DNA of 64,000 nt from Chrysomallon squamiferum (Eukaryota > Animalia > Mollusca): contig CM022670.1 in the NCBI GenBank assembly GCA_012295275.1, forward strand, positions 17,732,001-17,796,000, written 5' to 3'. A program made the translations under genes and the position numbers. The stretch's first letter is position 1. The number at the start of each line of letters is the position of its first letter. Under the pieces are notes generated by a model. It was not told the DNA's origin and did no database searches. It saw only the letters and a program-made list of their open reading frames with translations. Shown piece by piece: positions 27,401 to 41,945 of the stretch.

Positions 27401-29336
27401 ATAAACCTTGTTTGCAATTGTTTTTCATCATATCAGAATTTATATTTGGCCTGTACTACATACAGTTATTTCCTTATTTTCGTTATTAACCTCGGAGATA
27501 TTAATAAACGGATGAAAACCTTTTTCGTACCAAGTTTAACGTTTATCGCTGAACAAAAACATCTTAAAGCGATATACAACTACAGAACCGTCTTGAAGTG
27601 GCGGGCTCTTGCACGTGCTTACAAGAAGTTCCAAGTAGCGGGATATTGTCTACGGAGACGCACATAATAATGGAGTAAATTAAGCACGAAGAAGAAACTT
27701 ATTGTTTTCTGTTTTAATTTCCTCCCCTCTGATAGAGTTTAAAGTGTTGGAAATGGTACTTAAGCTGTGGATCGGGTACTTGAAAAAAAAGAGTAATATT
27801 GGAGGAGAATAAGAATTTATTGTGTAAGGGAGAGGACAATGCAGGATTGGGACGCTGGTTTATCTACCTTTCTTGAGGCAAAAGAAACTTGAGCTAATCT
27901 CGTGAATTGTTCATTTTCGTTTGGCAAATGAACGCTAACCTGATTACTCTTCAAGTCTGAAGATAGTAAAAAAAAAAAAGAGAACGACTAACTATATGCA
28001 CCTCAACGAACTGAAGAGTTCCATATTTCCCAGGGCCAGTAATTTGGCAGATTTTCGGCAAACTCCGCAATCCGGATATTGGAACGATGACTCTATCTCT
28101 ACAGGTCGTGTTAGCCCCCGGGTCCTGCCGCAAATTGAAATTACCGTCACAGAGACAACGGTAAATCCTTTACCGTCGTATTTCTCGCGCCACAGAAACT
28201 GTTTCCTGGAAAATAATGAAAATTTCTGATTAAAAAATAATAATAATAATAATAAAAAATAAAAACAAATAAGAAAACATGAAGTAGATAGTGTAAAAAT
28301 ATTAATTTCATGTAACACTGAATTTTTCTTTTCTTTTCTTAATAATTTTATATTATTAATTTTTAAAAATATAAATATTTTTTTAATTATAATTGATTAT
28401 AAAGGTTTTTCGTGATGTTGCTTTTTTTCTATATTTTATTTTGGTTCAGGTTTTTGAAATTTAGAAATATTTAATTTTTTTAAATTAAATTTCTTTTTCA
28501 TCACCGAAACAAAAAGAAGTCTTAAGAATTATTTGCAGGAAACTATGTTTTTGTTTAAATAAACTATATTTTTATTCAAAGAAGCTATATTTTTAATTGA
28601 ATTACCTATGTTTTTTATCTTTAAATAAGCTATAAGGGGCAAAACTACAGTAAATTTTAATTGTGCAAACTGCGAAATTGAGACAAATTCATATTTAAAA
28701 TAAAAATTAATATCTTTATGTAATATATTTTCATAAAAACATGCACCCACGCACGCACAAACACGAAATGAAAAGAAAAAGCGCAACAGTACATAAATTA
28801 TTTTTCTAGAATTATGAGAGAGTTAATGTTCAGTAATATAATAAATATATTTGATGATAATTTTGATGAAGATGATGATGATAACAGTAACAACAACAGC
28901 AATGATAGTAATAACTCTAATAGCAGCAGCAGTAGTAGTAGTAGTAATAATAATAATAATAATAATAATTACAACAGGAGCAGCTCCATCATATAATAAA
29001 ATACAATAATATAATAATTTAAAAAAAAATATATATATATATTATAAAAAAAACTGCAACGTTTCAAAATAAAAAATAAAAGCAAAGAAGAAAGAGATAA
29101 AATAAATGTTTTCAAAAACACGACTAAAAGAAATTAAATTTTTATAATATCGTAAATTTTATTCTAAACCTTGATCTCCGTTTCGATATATTATGTGTCA
29201 CTAAAACATAAACAGTTTAACTTATATTTTTCTTACCATTTTCAGTTATACTTCATCGATAATAATAATAACAATAATTACAACAACAACAATAACAACA
29301 ATAACAAGATATAAATTTAAACCCCAAAACAACACC

Positions 29337-29384
<48 letters not shown>

Positions 29385-29480
29385 AAGATTATTTTGTTTC
29401 GCGTTTTCTTTTATCAGTTATTTAGATAATCAGTTCGGAAAAAATGAATTTAATATTTTTTTATATAGAATTTAAAAATG

Positions 29481-29531
<51 letters not shown>

Positions 29532-29789
29532 TTTGTGTGTGTGTGTGTGTTTGGCGAAGTAAATGGTAATTAAAATTTATATGAAAAAGCAAAATATAAC
29601 AATCTTCTTGTTGCTGTTAGTGCTTTTGTTGATGTTATTGCTTTTATTATTAATAATATGCAGACTGAAAAAAAAAGCATTAAAAATTTAATTAACAAAA
29701 TATATACTTTTTTTAAATAATATTTTATAATATTTTTATAAAACGCAGTTTACTGTTAAATAAAGTTTAAAAAAAGAAAAAAATGTTTT

Positions 29790-30360
29790 CGCAAATATGT
29801 GCATGAATTTTACAACAAGTAACAAATACGAAATGAAAAATCGCAAATCTGTGATGCAGTTTTACAGAAAGTAACAAAAACAACAAGAAAACACGCCGAT
29901 AGTATTACGTACTGTAATTTTACGGAAAGTAACAAAAACAGAAAACTCAAAATTTATTTCAGTTTTAAAGGTATAAAAAACAAAACAATAAATAAATAAA
30001 TAAATATTTAGAAATAAAAAATAAAACTCGCAAATAACATTATATACCGTAGCTTTATGTAAAGTAAGAAAAACAATTGGAAACTGTCTATTTTGTTTCT
30101 GTTATGAGGAAAAAAAATATAAAAAAATTAAAATCTCCCAACCTTATACTGCAATTTGGTAGAAAATAGCTGAAAGAAGAAAACGCGCAAATTTGCTTTG
30201 GTTTTAAGCAACGTAACAACAAGAAAACTCGCAAATTTGCTTTAGTTTTAAGCGAGGTAACAACAAGAAAATTCGCAAATTTGCTTTAGTATTAAGCGAG
30301 GTAACAACAAGAAAACTCGCAAATTTGCTTCAGTTTTAAGCGAGGTTACAGCAAGAAAAC
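29790..30360. repeat. 44-bp minisatellite: four near-identical copies (30180-30360) plus degenerate copies to the left
   Basis: GCAAATTTG anchors at 30187, 30231, 30275 and 30319. Decayed units with cgcaaa...tttta...aagtaacaaa occur at 29790-30070. Confidence 0.9.
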
Positions 30361-31194
30361 CGTGTAGTTAGAAGTAAAAGCGAGAGATAATTTTCTCAGT
30401 GTATTGGAGGCAACGAGGCAGGAACAAAGCGATGTAAACTGCCCTAATCAGTTTCCACCAGTTAGTTTGCGATATGGCCGCCAGCACAGATTTCACAAAG
30501 TTCGTCACGGGTTCTAATTGCTTTTGTCTTCTTTCGTCGCGAGACTTCCCCTCTGGGCATGCGCAAGCAGTGACGGCGAGTGTGGTGGTGATCACGCCGA
30601 ACGTTAACACCGCGAGATCCCGCGGGACTTTGAGATTTTCGTGCTTTCCGAGCTAATTAAAACGTTATGAAAAAGGTATTACATGTTCTCTTTTCGTTGA
30701 AGAACGCCAGTTATTAGCCATATCCATGATTAACGAAACGGGGTCTTTCAGCAGCTCGTGCAAGGTGTGACGTCACAAGACTTCTGCGATACAGATGGCG
30801 CGAAATCGGAGAATACAGTTTCCCGTCAATTACTGTTATCACCTTTCGCGTTTTCTGAAAATTTAGAATCATACCCTTCATACTTGTCTCTGGAAATAAA
30901 TTACTGTCCAGCACGTGCAGAGCTTGTGCACCTTTACCCACCTAGAAAGATGAACGATTTCTTATTTAAGTTTATTTAAAAGATGCGCATTCGATTTCAA
31001 ATTAGAAAACCTTTGTCTTATAGATCCTAAATAATGTTAAATATTTATTGTGTGTTAGACAGACGAACTCTTCTCTGGAATAGAACATTTTTTTCTGCGT
31101 AAACGTTCCAGATTCAAACTGATTTAGTCAGTCTTGTTTAATATTTCAGGGCTTTAGAACTAATTATTTAAAAGCTGATGAGTTTTTTTTTTTT

Positions 31195-31233
<39 letters not shown>

Positions 31234-31378
31234 CTGTGTGTGTGTGTGTCATGAGAGGGAGAAAAAAGAAAGAACCAAAGTTACAAAATACAGAGCGAAA
31301 AGGAACAAAAAGACAGGTAGAAAGGTTAAACAAAAAAATGAATATATATATAAAGATTTGTCTTATTTAGACAAACAA

Positions 31379-31447
31379 TAACAGATACAAGATACAATCT
31401 AACAGATACAAGATACAATCTAACAGATACAAGATACAATCTAACAG
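31379..31447. repeat. Perfect 21-bp tandem repeat TAACAGATACAAGATACAATC x3.3
   Basis: Direct reading. Confidence 0.97.
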
Positions 31448-31997
31448 GTATGTGATTCAAGCAAACAGCCTTCATATAAAAATGACAAACAACACACAAC
31501 ATTTCTATATATACATATATATATATATATATATAATAGTTTTCAGTTTTAATTAATGAATATAATATTTCAGTTTTATTAAAATAATATGGCAAAAAAA
31601 CAAAAACAAAAAAGAGTCAAAGAAATTACTGCTTTAGGCTTATTCATATTAATAAACAAATATTTATATTATAACTGGAGGTAAGTCATAAAGGGTTGTA
31701 TATTCATTAACGGTAACAAACAAAATACAATTTGTTTTAATTTGGTTTCAGATCAAATAATTCAGTTTCAGATATTTCTTTTATAACCGCTTCTGCGCCG
31801 ATTTAATTTAAATAGATAACAAAATGACACAACACCGGTTTCTATTGCTTTTACTCCTTAAACTTAACTATACCTTACTATACCGTGTCTATTACTATTA
31901 CTACTAGTACTGCTGATGATGATGCTGCTGCTTCTACTACTACTACAACTACTACTACTACAACAACAACTACTACCACTACTACTACTACTACTAC

Positions 31998-32043
<46 letters not shown>

Positions 32044-32516
32044 TCATTTGTTTATTATTTTGTTTCATTTTTTCAATATTGGTTCATGTTCTATTAATTT
32101 GCTTAAAGGCGTTCTAGCAATGACAATAATTTTTACACTTCTAGCTATAATTTAATATCAGTAATCTCTGTAATTATGTTGTAATGATATATCTGTTTAT
32201 ACATCTTAATAATTATAATAAAATAAATAATAAAGTGTTTTAATAACATATAAGAGATCATATTTAATACTAATAATAAAAATCAATTTTTTTAAAATAA
32301 AATATTGTTATTGGAATACAAATGACTCTACTATAATAATGTTACATCAACTGTTGTCTAATTTCTATAGTTATTTAGCGAAGTTAGTAGTAAATTAATT
32401 TTGTTGCATTTTATATCCTTGATCTAATAAGGTAAATATAATTTTGATTTTTTTTCTTACAAGATACTATATTAGAGTTTAATAGCTATCAATAAATAAA
32501 TAAGTACTGAAGTTGA

Positions 32517-32558
<42 letters not shown>

Positions 32559-33882
32559 TTTAATGAATCAATAAATATATCAAATTTAAAAATAATAAAT
32601 AAATAAATAAATTATGGCTGTTTACTGAAAACATCCAATCATAAGAAATCACTTACATTTTTACAAGTATGGCGTTTCGGAAATCCCACGCCGTTTGTTG
32701 TTTAATTTATTACGTCATAAAGGGATGATGCAATATAATTGATATTCATCAGTAATCAGATAGATTCAAAGATTTATTCATTAAATAGGTAAAATATTTT
32801 TATTTCCGTCTAAAGAACTTGTAAATTTCTTCTTCTTCTTCTTCTTTCTTCTTCTTCTTCTTCTTATTATTATAAAATAAATCTGTAGTGCTATTAAATC
32901 TTTCAAAATACTGAAATGCACATACTAATAGTAATGACATTAATAATAAAAATAATAACAATAACAATAACATCATTACACGATAACGACAGCAACATCA
33001 ACAATAACAATAATAATAGTAAATAATATTATTAATAATATTAATAATTATATCTGTAGTAATAATAATAACAAAAACAACAACGACAACAATGCCAACA
33101 AACAACAACAATAACAGCAACAACAAACAACAACAATAACAGTGATAAAACTAAACGGAACTTAAAAACAAAGAGACGACAATAAATAATTATTTATTAT
33201 ATTTTCTTTATTTTTCTTTTTCAAAAAATTAAGAAGAAGGAATAAAAAGCATTTGGACATTTGCGTAACAGCCAGACTCACCATTGTTTTAATGAAAAAT
33301 TCATACAACCCGCATACATACTAATTTACAACAACACCCCGCTGTTTACAGACCAGGATGTAAAGTGTCAGTTTCCTATGAAAATGTGATTGTTATTTGT
33401 ATTATTTATTATATTATTAATTTTTTTTAAAAATTCTAATTTTTCAGTTGTTTCTTTTAGGAATCCGGGTAAGGTAATTAATGGTGAAGATATTCTTCGT
33501 TTCTTTGTATTTTTAAATGTAAAAAGAAAAAATTAAAATCTTTTATTTATTTATTTATTTTTTCTTTTCTTTTTCCTTCATTTTTTGTTGTTGTAATAAT
33601 GATAATGATTATGATGACGAAAATGATAATAATAATTAAAATGAACTACAAAATGATAACTACTATACTATAATAAATGAAGATGATAAACAACAACTAA
33701 TAATAACAGCAGAAACAACAACAACAATAACACTAACAGCAATAGTGAAATAGTTATGGTTGTAGTAGTAGTAGAGGTATTGATGTTGATGATCATAACA
33801 CATAATGAATGAGGCAACAACGTAGAACAGTGGTAGTAAAATCATCATAATCTTGACCATTGCAATAAACCGAAATTTTAAT

Positions 33883-34080
33883 GTTTGTCTGTTTCTTTAT
33901 TTGTTTAGCTGGTTGGTTGGTGCGTTGTTTGGTTGCTTGGTTGCTTGCTTTGTTAACTGTTTAGTTAATTACTTGGTCATTTAGTAAGAAAACAAATTTT
34001 CTTTTAATATTGTTTCACTATATTATAGATGAAAATAAATATATATTCAAAAGTTGAATGGACAAAAATTTAATTCAACA
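33883..34080 (+). repeat. Dispersed ~200-bp repeat, copy A (inverted relative to 52522-52710)
   Basis: Its reverse complement cttactaaatgaccaagtaattaactaaacagttaacaaagcaagcaaccaagcaaccaaacaac aligns to 52615-52678. Confidence 0.85.
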
Positions 34081-34160
34081 AAACAAAAAATATATAATTA
34101 ATAAAAACAAACAAACAAATAAATGAATAAAAAAAACAAACAAACAAATAAACATACAAA

Positions 34161-34207
<47 letters not shown>

Positions 34208-34212
34208 ATACA

Positions 34213-34243
<31 letters not shown>

Positions 34244-37200
34244 ATATTCAAAAGTATCATGCAAGAGGACAAATTATTATTATTTGTTCGTGTCTAAAAA
34301 TTACACTTAAACTTTTCACATGGCGGTTATTAAGTCTGACCACACAACAAAGTTAATGAGGCAGCGAGAACCAGTCAAAACCTGAGCAACGAAACAATAT
34401 GCGAAAATATAATTGTGCAGCGGTCAGTTTCTAAGTAGGACTGGGGTCTTTAGGGGTGAAAACGAGGCAGGCGACCGTGCTAGATGCGTTCAGAGATGCC
34501 GTATGGTCCGATACGGCGGCTTTTTATTGTAAAACACCACCATCGGGCAAATTGGCGAAATGGCGTCTTTAATGACCACTGCCTTTTGTACGCATGCGTC
34601 GTAAAAAATTGATTAAGACGAACTCTTTAGTTCTGGAGGTGACAAAACGTATTATGATATTGCAGTCCGGAACAATAAAATAGAATGCAATTATAAAGAT
34701 GGGATCTATGGAGATTAATTGGTCTATGCTTATTATATGTGAGAGAGATAAAACAGAAATTTAATTTTATTGTTTTAACAGACAAGAATCAGACATACAG
34801 ATTGATGTATGTCTATGATTATTCTTACAAACAAACAAGTCATTATTTCACATGTAGACGTGCATGCATGGTAGATGATAGATGGACAGCCGGATGGACA
34901 AAAAGATGGTCGAATGATTGGTGAAATAAAAGGAGACAGAGAGCTGGAAAGACACAGATAGACAAGAAACGGAAAGAAAATGAAACAGAATGAAAGAGAA
35001 AACGACTAAGAGAGAGAGAGAAAGAGTCAGAGAATCTAAGAGAGTGAGAAGGTAACGATAGAGTCAGACAGACACAGATAACTAATTAAGAAAACGATAA
35101 ATTTACTTATAAGGAACAGGGTAAGAATACAGAGAGTTAATAAAGGTATACCGTGTGTTATTTTTCCTCTCGTTGTCTTACGGCGGAAACCCGCGACGTT
35201 CACTGATTGGTTCTAACCTGTGTAATTGACACCTTCCCAGGGGCAGCACGCGCACTCCGTCATGGCGGCCACCCTTAATTGGCGGCGCTCGCGGGGAAAA
35301 TTCACATTTCTTTTGCAGGTTTTTCTTTAATTAAGATATCAGAGAACTTCATAATTAAGAAAATAGACCTCGCTGCGATACTGTAGCAAAAACGTCACTA
35401 CGGAAGCGAACGATTTGGCCGCTAGAAATGTGTGAAGTATTTTGAAGATTTTCGCCGCGAAACCACGAATATTCCTCCAGTTGTTTTTGGTTTCCTAATT
35501 AACACACATCTTGCGTTTCTGCTTGTTTCAGACGGGTTACTTCAGCCTTAGCAGTTTTCATTTTATGCCAATTACCACAGTTTCTCCTGCCACGTTAGAT
35601 AAAAACATATTAATATTAGATACTTCTCTTATTTTTTTTTTCTTTAAAAAAAAAAAAAGAAAAAAAAAAAAAAGAAAAAAGAAAAAAGAAAGACCTTATA
35701 TGTACTTTTATTTCGACTTATAATCGTTGAGTAGTTATAATCACATAATTATTGTTTTATGTTAAATAAATTAAGGGTACCACAAATTTACTGAAATTAT
35801 ATTTTTAATTTTAAAAATAAATACTGTTTTATTTGTTTAAATTTATACATACACATATATTGGCGTTATATTTTGACTACGCTACAATGATGATGATGAT
35901 GCTGATGGTGCTGACGGTGATGGTAATAATAATATTATTAATAACAGTATTAAAAATAAAAATACTGATGATGATGTGAGCAGGCTGATGGCGGTAATAA
36001 TGTCGATGATAATAATCAGATTACTAATGTATTAATAATGATGACAACAATGATAATGATGACAACAATGATAATGATGATAACAACAACAACAACAACA
36101 TCAATAACAATACTAATACAAAAACTCCTCTTCATCTCCCTCCTCCTCCTACTATTACTACTAGTAATAATAATAACAATAATAACAGCAGTAACAGCAA
36201 TAATAATGATAAGGATCGTAATTCTGATTATCAAAATAAAAAAAATAAAATAATAAAAAAATAACACAGTTTTTGTGAAATTTCAAACATTGTCATCTTT
36301 CAAAACCAATACTGTTGATAAAATTGTCAAATTTGTGAAGATACCAGCAGACAACGTATTCTGAGAGAACTGTCAATTTTATTTGTTTTAATTAGGGCCC
36401 GCGAGGTACATTCAGTTCATTAAAGTTAAATATCTGTAGAGGAATCGGCACAATTAGTTTTCTTGTCACAAAACTTCATCTTTTTTTTTAATAATACAGA
36501 TACTAGACAAAGGAAAAAAAAAAAGCAACAATAGAAAGTATTGCATCAGTTTTTTATATGAATCCTTGGAAACACACAGATAAGGAACTAAAACATTATT
36601 AATTTTATTATTTGTTTGTTGTGATAACCAGCGTATATATATTTGTTATATTATTGCTTAGTACGCGATATATAATGATTATCTATAGAAAGATACAAAC
36701 GTGGTTTATACATGTACATATACTTATACATATACACATAAGCACACATACACATACATACACAGACAGATATATGTGTTTGTGTGTATGTGTATTTGTG
36801 TACGTGCATATGTCTAAGATTTCCATCATATTGTAGAAAACGGTGAATTTATTCTTACTGTTACAATTACATTTCCCAGCATTCGTGATTCACTGTTCTT
36901 CAAGGCAAAGAATGTTAAAAAACAACAAAAAACAATACGTCAGTTATCTACATCTTCTGTGTGTGCGCCTGTCTTATGTATTTTATAATGTTATCCACAC
37001 CCTGACAATCAGTGTCAAAACGTGTCTGATAACAGACAGTTTGAGACACTGACAGACACACTGAGTATGAAGTGGATAATTCAATACCCACCTACTTCTT
37101 TATCGTTATCAAAGCAGGGCATGAGGTTACGAGATTTCTCCCTAAAGGGACACAACATTAGATCAAGTTAAATGAAAATATGACGAAAAGCTTACATGTC

Positions 37201-38218
37201 TTAGCTGCGAAAAAAAAAAAAAAAAAAGGTTAGAAGGCATTGTGGTCACTGAAGGTGTTTACTGAAACAATTATCTCAACGGCTTCCACCCAAACAAAGC
37301 CACAAGGGAAAGATTAGTCTCGCTAAACAGTTAGTCTACCCTCTGTGTTTCTGTAACCGGGGGAATTGAGACATCGTACAGAAGAAGAAGAAGCACTTCC
37401 GACTTTTCCTTTTCGTTGGTTTTACTTTCCTCCCATCGAAAAGGCACTAACCCCGGGCGCTTTCGCACAGTTCCAAATCGGAGACCGATAAGGGAATGTG
37501 CGATACGCTTTCAGGGTCGTGGCAGAAGATGTCCCGCAGCGAGCAAACAGAAACAGTGCCGTTGTTAACATCTCGCACCCCGCAGCGGGGTAGCGAGGAC
37601 CGAGAGAGAGTTTTTATATCTGCATCGCGATCGTCTCACATCAAACACGCTGTAATTAAACCTGCCCTCCCCAGGCGCGCAGTAGATAAAGTTAACTGTG
37701 AATAGACTTGCAGATTTGCAGAGGTGACAAGACGCTTCTCATCTGCCCAAGTCGAATAACCTGTGTGCAGCGTGTCAATATGCACAAAACATCAGCAGCG
37801 ACATTTGTTGAAGAAAAATCAACACTTTGAAAAGACCTGTGAAGTCGGGTGAAGAGATAATTGTCTTAAAGTTAAAGAAATTTAAAATAAAGAAGAGAAA
37901 ATATTTGAGAAAAAAAGAAGAAGAAGAAGGTTGAATGAAAGAAAGAAAAAAAGAAATTAAAAAATATTTTTTTTGTTTTTTTTTTTTAAAACTTTTTAAA
38001 AAAAAATTGATGATTTTACCAATTTTTCTCTAGTTTCCTTTGGATTTTATTTCTTTGTTTTATTTTATTTTTGTTAATTCATTTTTTAATTATTTTTTCT
38101 TTAAGTTTGTAGTTTTGTTTTTGTTTTGTTTTGTTTTTTATCATGAAGCTATAACTTTTACTGCATATTTTTATTTGTTATTAAAATTTGTATTATGGTT
38201 TAAAAATCGAATTTAAAT

Positions 38219-38254
<36 letters not shown>

Positions 38255-38390
38255 ATATTCCATTGTGTTCTCTAATCAATCATTATTGGAATATTAATAC
38301 TTAATTTAAAGAAGAAGTAGAAGAAGAAGAACTACAACAACAACAATTTAATAATAATAATAAAAATAATATGTGTAGTAGTAGTAGTAG

Positions 38391-38443
<53 letters not shown>

Positions 38444-39176
38444 ACAAAAAGAGAAAGGTATGAAGAAACAAAGAATAATCAAGATCTACTGAAACACATT
38501 TGGATGGACAAAAAGTATTAAATTTCAGCTGTAAAATTAATTTTTAAAATCTTTTCAGACTTTTTTTTTTTTTAAATCCACATAATATATCGCCACCTGT
38601 TATAAACGATCCTTTCTATTCTGTAAAACTTTAAACGAAGATTACGAGTAATGGACATTTAGAAAAACGTTCTGTTGGTCACCACAAGCCAATAAAAACT
38701 CAATTACAGACTCGTAACAAATATCTTTATTGTGTCTTTTCACGGATCTAATCTACGGGATTTATGGGGATTTTTCTTAAAGTCTGTTTTCACAAAAGAC
38801 AGACTGGCGTGGACTGACCAGGCGTGGAGATATCACAGAAATATTCTGTTACATGATATCATTTGTAGAAAGATTTTCTTCTTTACCTATAAAACACTTT
38901 TATTCCAGACTTGAAAATTTCACAGGTGGTCGCTTTAGTAAACAGATGTTTATGTTATTATTATTATTATTATTTCTCTCGACCGTTTTGGAGAAATTTA
39001 TAATGTAAAAAGGAAATGGAAAATAATAGTAATATGAAATATTTTGTAAATTGTAAAAAAACAACATAAAGTAGTAGTGTATGAATACATTTTAGTCTTT
39101 TTATTTTACTTTTATTACTGATATTCTTCTTGTTTTTCTTTTCTTTTCTTCTTCTTTACTTTTTTTTTTATTATTG

Positions 39177-39223
<47 letters not shown>

Positions 39224-41125
39224 TTTGTTATTGTTGTTGTTGTGCTGCTGCTGCTGTCGTAGCTGTTAACAGAAATAGTCGTAAGTTATAATAGTGGTAG
39301 TACTGAATTAGTAATAACAGTAGTAGTTAGAATGATAGCAGCAACGATAGTAGTAGTTCTACTAATAAAAATAATGATGGTAGTAGTGAGAATAGTAACA
39401 GAGATAGTAGTAGTAGCAGTAGTAGGAGCAGAGGCTGTATAGTGATGTTAATGGTAGAATTGTGGTATTTTAAAAACAGTACAGTACACAGATTGTTGCC
39501 TTCTAATTGATGAAATTATAATTCACATAGCATTTAATTAAAAACAACAAAATATTAATAAAAACTGGAAAATACTGACATAATATAGTCTTGTCTGTTT
39601 CAAAATGTCATTTAACCTTTTGAATTTGTTAGTCATGGTAAAAAAAAAAAAAAAAAAAAAAGGAAAAATAAAAGAAGAAGAACGTAACAAACAGAGAGTT
39701 GATTTGATTTATTAGTGTGCTTGGAGCATATCAGTCCAGAATCGACCCTGTTTGGTAGCCTAACTGCATTATAATCCACCCTAATCAGTGATGCATATTC
39801 ATATATACTACGCAATATTTGATGTTATATGGATAATAACAAATAACGGAATATACGGCAGTTTCTTTCTCCGACGAATATATATATATATATATTAAAA
39901 TTATCAATGTTTGACATGGAAAAATCTATTATAGAAATATTTTCGTGACAGAACTTGAATGAATCAAATCGCTTCGTCCAGTTTGTGAGCGGCCACTCTC
40001 ACAATAAAAACTGTCAAAAACTAAACCGATTTGCGTATTAAACGATAATCCGAGAGGGTGGAGAATTTAAGAAATTCTGAGGATTTGCGGTGGATTGTCT
40101 GGTTAATAAAGCTCGCGTTAAGAACGTAGAACAAGCAGACTGTATTCTTAACAGAGAAAGCGGGTTTTTGTTTGCGACTCTGATCAGGGTATTACCCGAA
40201 TGTCGCTTGTCAGTGTTTAATACTCCTTCAGACTTTTGGGGACAAATTGTTGTAAAGATTTTTTGTCAAAGTGAAGAAGTCTGGAGAGTGAAAATTTTAG
40301 TAAACCAGTAATCTAGCTCTTGTGAGTCTTGTTTCTTTTTCTAGTCTGACCTTCTCGGATCAAACTGTATTAAGTGAAAAGGTTGTTACATTGATAAGTC
40401 TTTATTATTCCCCACTTGATGTAGATTTTTACTTAGCTTTGTTATAATTAAGAATTTAACAAACAATCTCAGTCTTCGGAATACGTTGACATACACCAAC
40501 ACACGTTTAAATCCTTTTTTATAAATCCTTTCTTTCTCTTTGTGTCCTTCTGTTTCCGTTTTTCTCTCTATCTAATCGTCTTTGTCTTTCTTTCTTTCCT
40601 TTTTTTTTTTTTTTTTTTTGTCAATAATCATCTGTGTACTTTTCTTCTCATTTTATTTCTCTGTAGCCGAATCTCCGACTATGTTGATTGTATTTGATGC
40701 TTTTCTTTCTCCATTTTCTCGTATTGTCATTTTTATTTCACTCGTTCTGAAATATTTAATGCGAAAGCAGACACGTGTACTTGTGACAAATTTATATATC
40801 ACAAAACGGAAAATGATCGTATTGTATTAAGTCTGTAGAGTGAGAAAAAAAAAAAATCTAATGACGGTTTATAATTATCCTGAAAATTTTAAACATTTCA
40901 GGATCAAAGTGATACCAAGATTAGAGTTACCTCCCATTATTTCATTACAACTATGGCGACACAAAAAGCATCTTGCACCCCCTGCTGTTTCGTGCGAGTT
41001 GTCTTTTAAAAGCAAACTTCTCCAAGAAGCTAAATTCAGCCACGCTCTTTTGTGATGTTTTGAGGATGAGTTTTAAAACTTTGATTAACTGCGAAATTCC
41101 TCTGTTTGAGTCAGATACTAACATG

Positions 41126-41138
41126 TGACCTCTGACCT
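41126..41138 (-). promoter_or_regulatory. Perfect DR1 nuclear receptor element AGGTCAgAGGTCA
   Basis: The plus strand reads TGACCTCTGACCT, inside a CpG-rich island. Confidence 0.5.
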
Positions 41139-41553
41139 CATCTCTACTTCCCGCCGCCAGTTCATTGTGCAGACTTTAATCCCGTCTAAGCGAGATCCTC
41201 GTCCGGACAAATCGTTTTTTCCACGTGACTGCAGCCATTATTTAGAAGCGGGGTCCAACGCAAGAACACAGTCCTTGTGTCACGGTTATTGGTTTTGTTA
41301 ATAAACAATGCGGTTTTAGTTCTAAATGATGATATGGAACTGGATGATAATAATAATAATAATAACCACCATCATCATCATAATTATTTTTTTGTACATT
41401 TTTTTCATCATATATAATTTATAAAAAGAAATGAGCGATTTAGAAACCGTAACAGGAGAAATAATTTGTTGTTTATTTTTAACACATAACAAAGCACTTT
41501 ACTGATGTATTCAACTTTTGATAAGTTATACTGAATCATAAGGTGTTTTTGTG

Positions 41554-41592
<39 letters not shown>

Positions 41593-41906
41593 TTTATTTA
41601 TTTATTTAATAAACTCTCGAAATTTCTGTCACTTTATCAGTTTACAATTCGACACGTGTTCACATACACTCATGTTTCAGGGTTGTTTGTGGATGCACGA
41701 TCAAGAAGCCAAGAGTGTGTTTCGTAGAGATTAATAGTGCTAGAAGAGAATTAGGAAAAGAGAAGATGTTACCTTTCTCTGATAATCTTCTTCTTTTTTT
41801 TTTAGAGGATTCGATCCCATGTCTTAAGGCTGACTGTTTATCGCCTAGTTTACAAAGTAAGTGAAAGTTTGGGACAACTTAGCAGAAATCTATAGTATAC
41901 TCGGCG

Positions 41907-41945
<39 letters not shown>

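Noticed and set aside
27996-28229. 77-aa ATG ORF with plausible composition
   Set aside because: No recognisable homology; overlapping ORFs on the opposite strand point to a GC-island artefact.
32515-41943. Long poly(A) tracts (32519-32556, 41907-41943; also 7956 and 23077) as retroposon tails
   Set aside because: No shared upstream body or target-site duplications seen; mononucleotide runs are common throughout.
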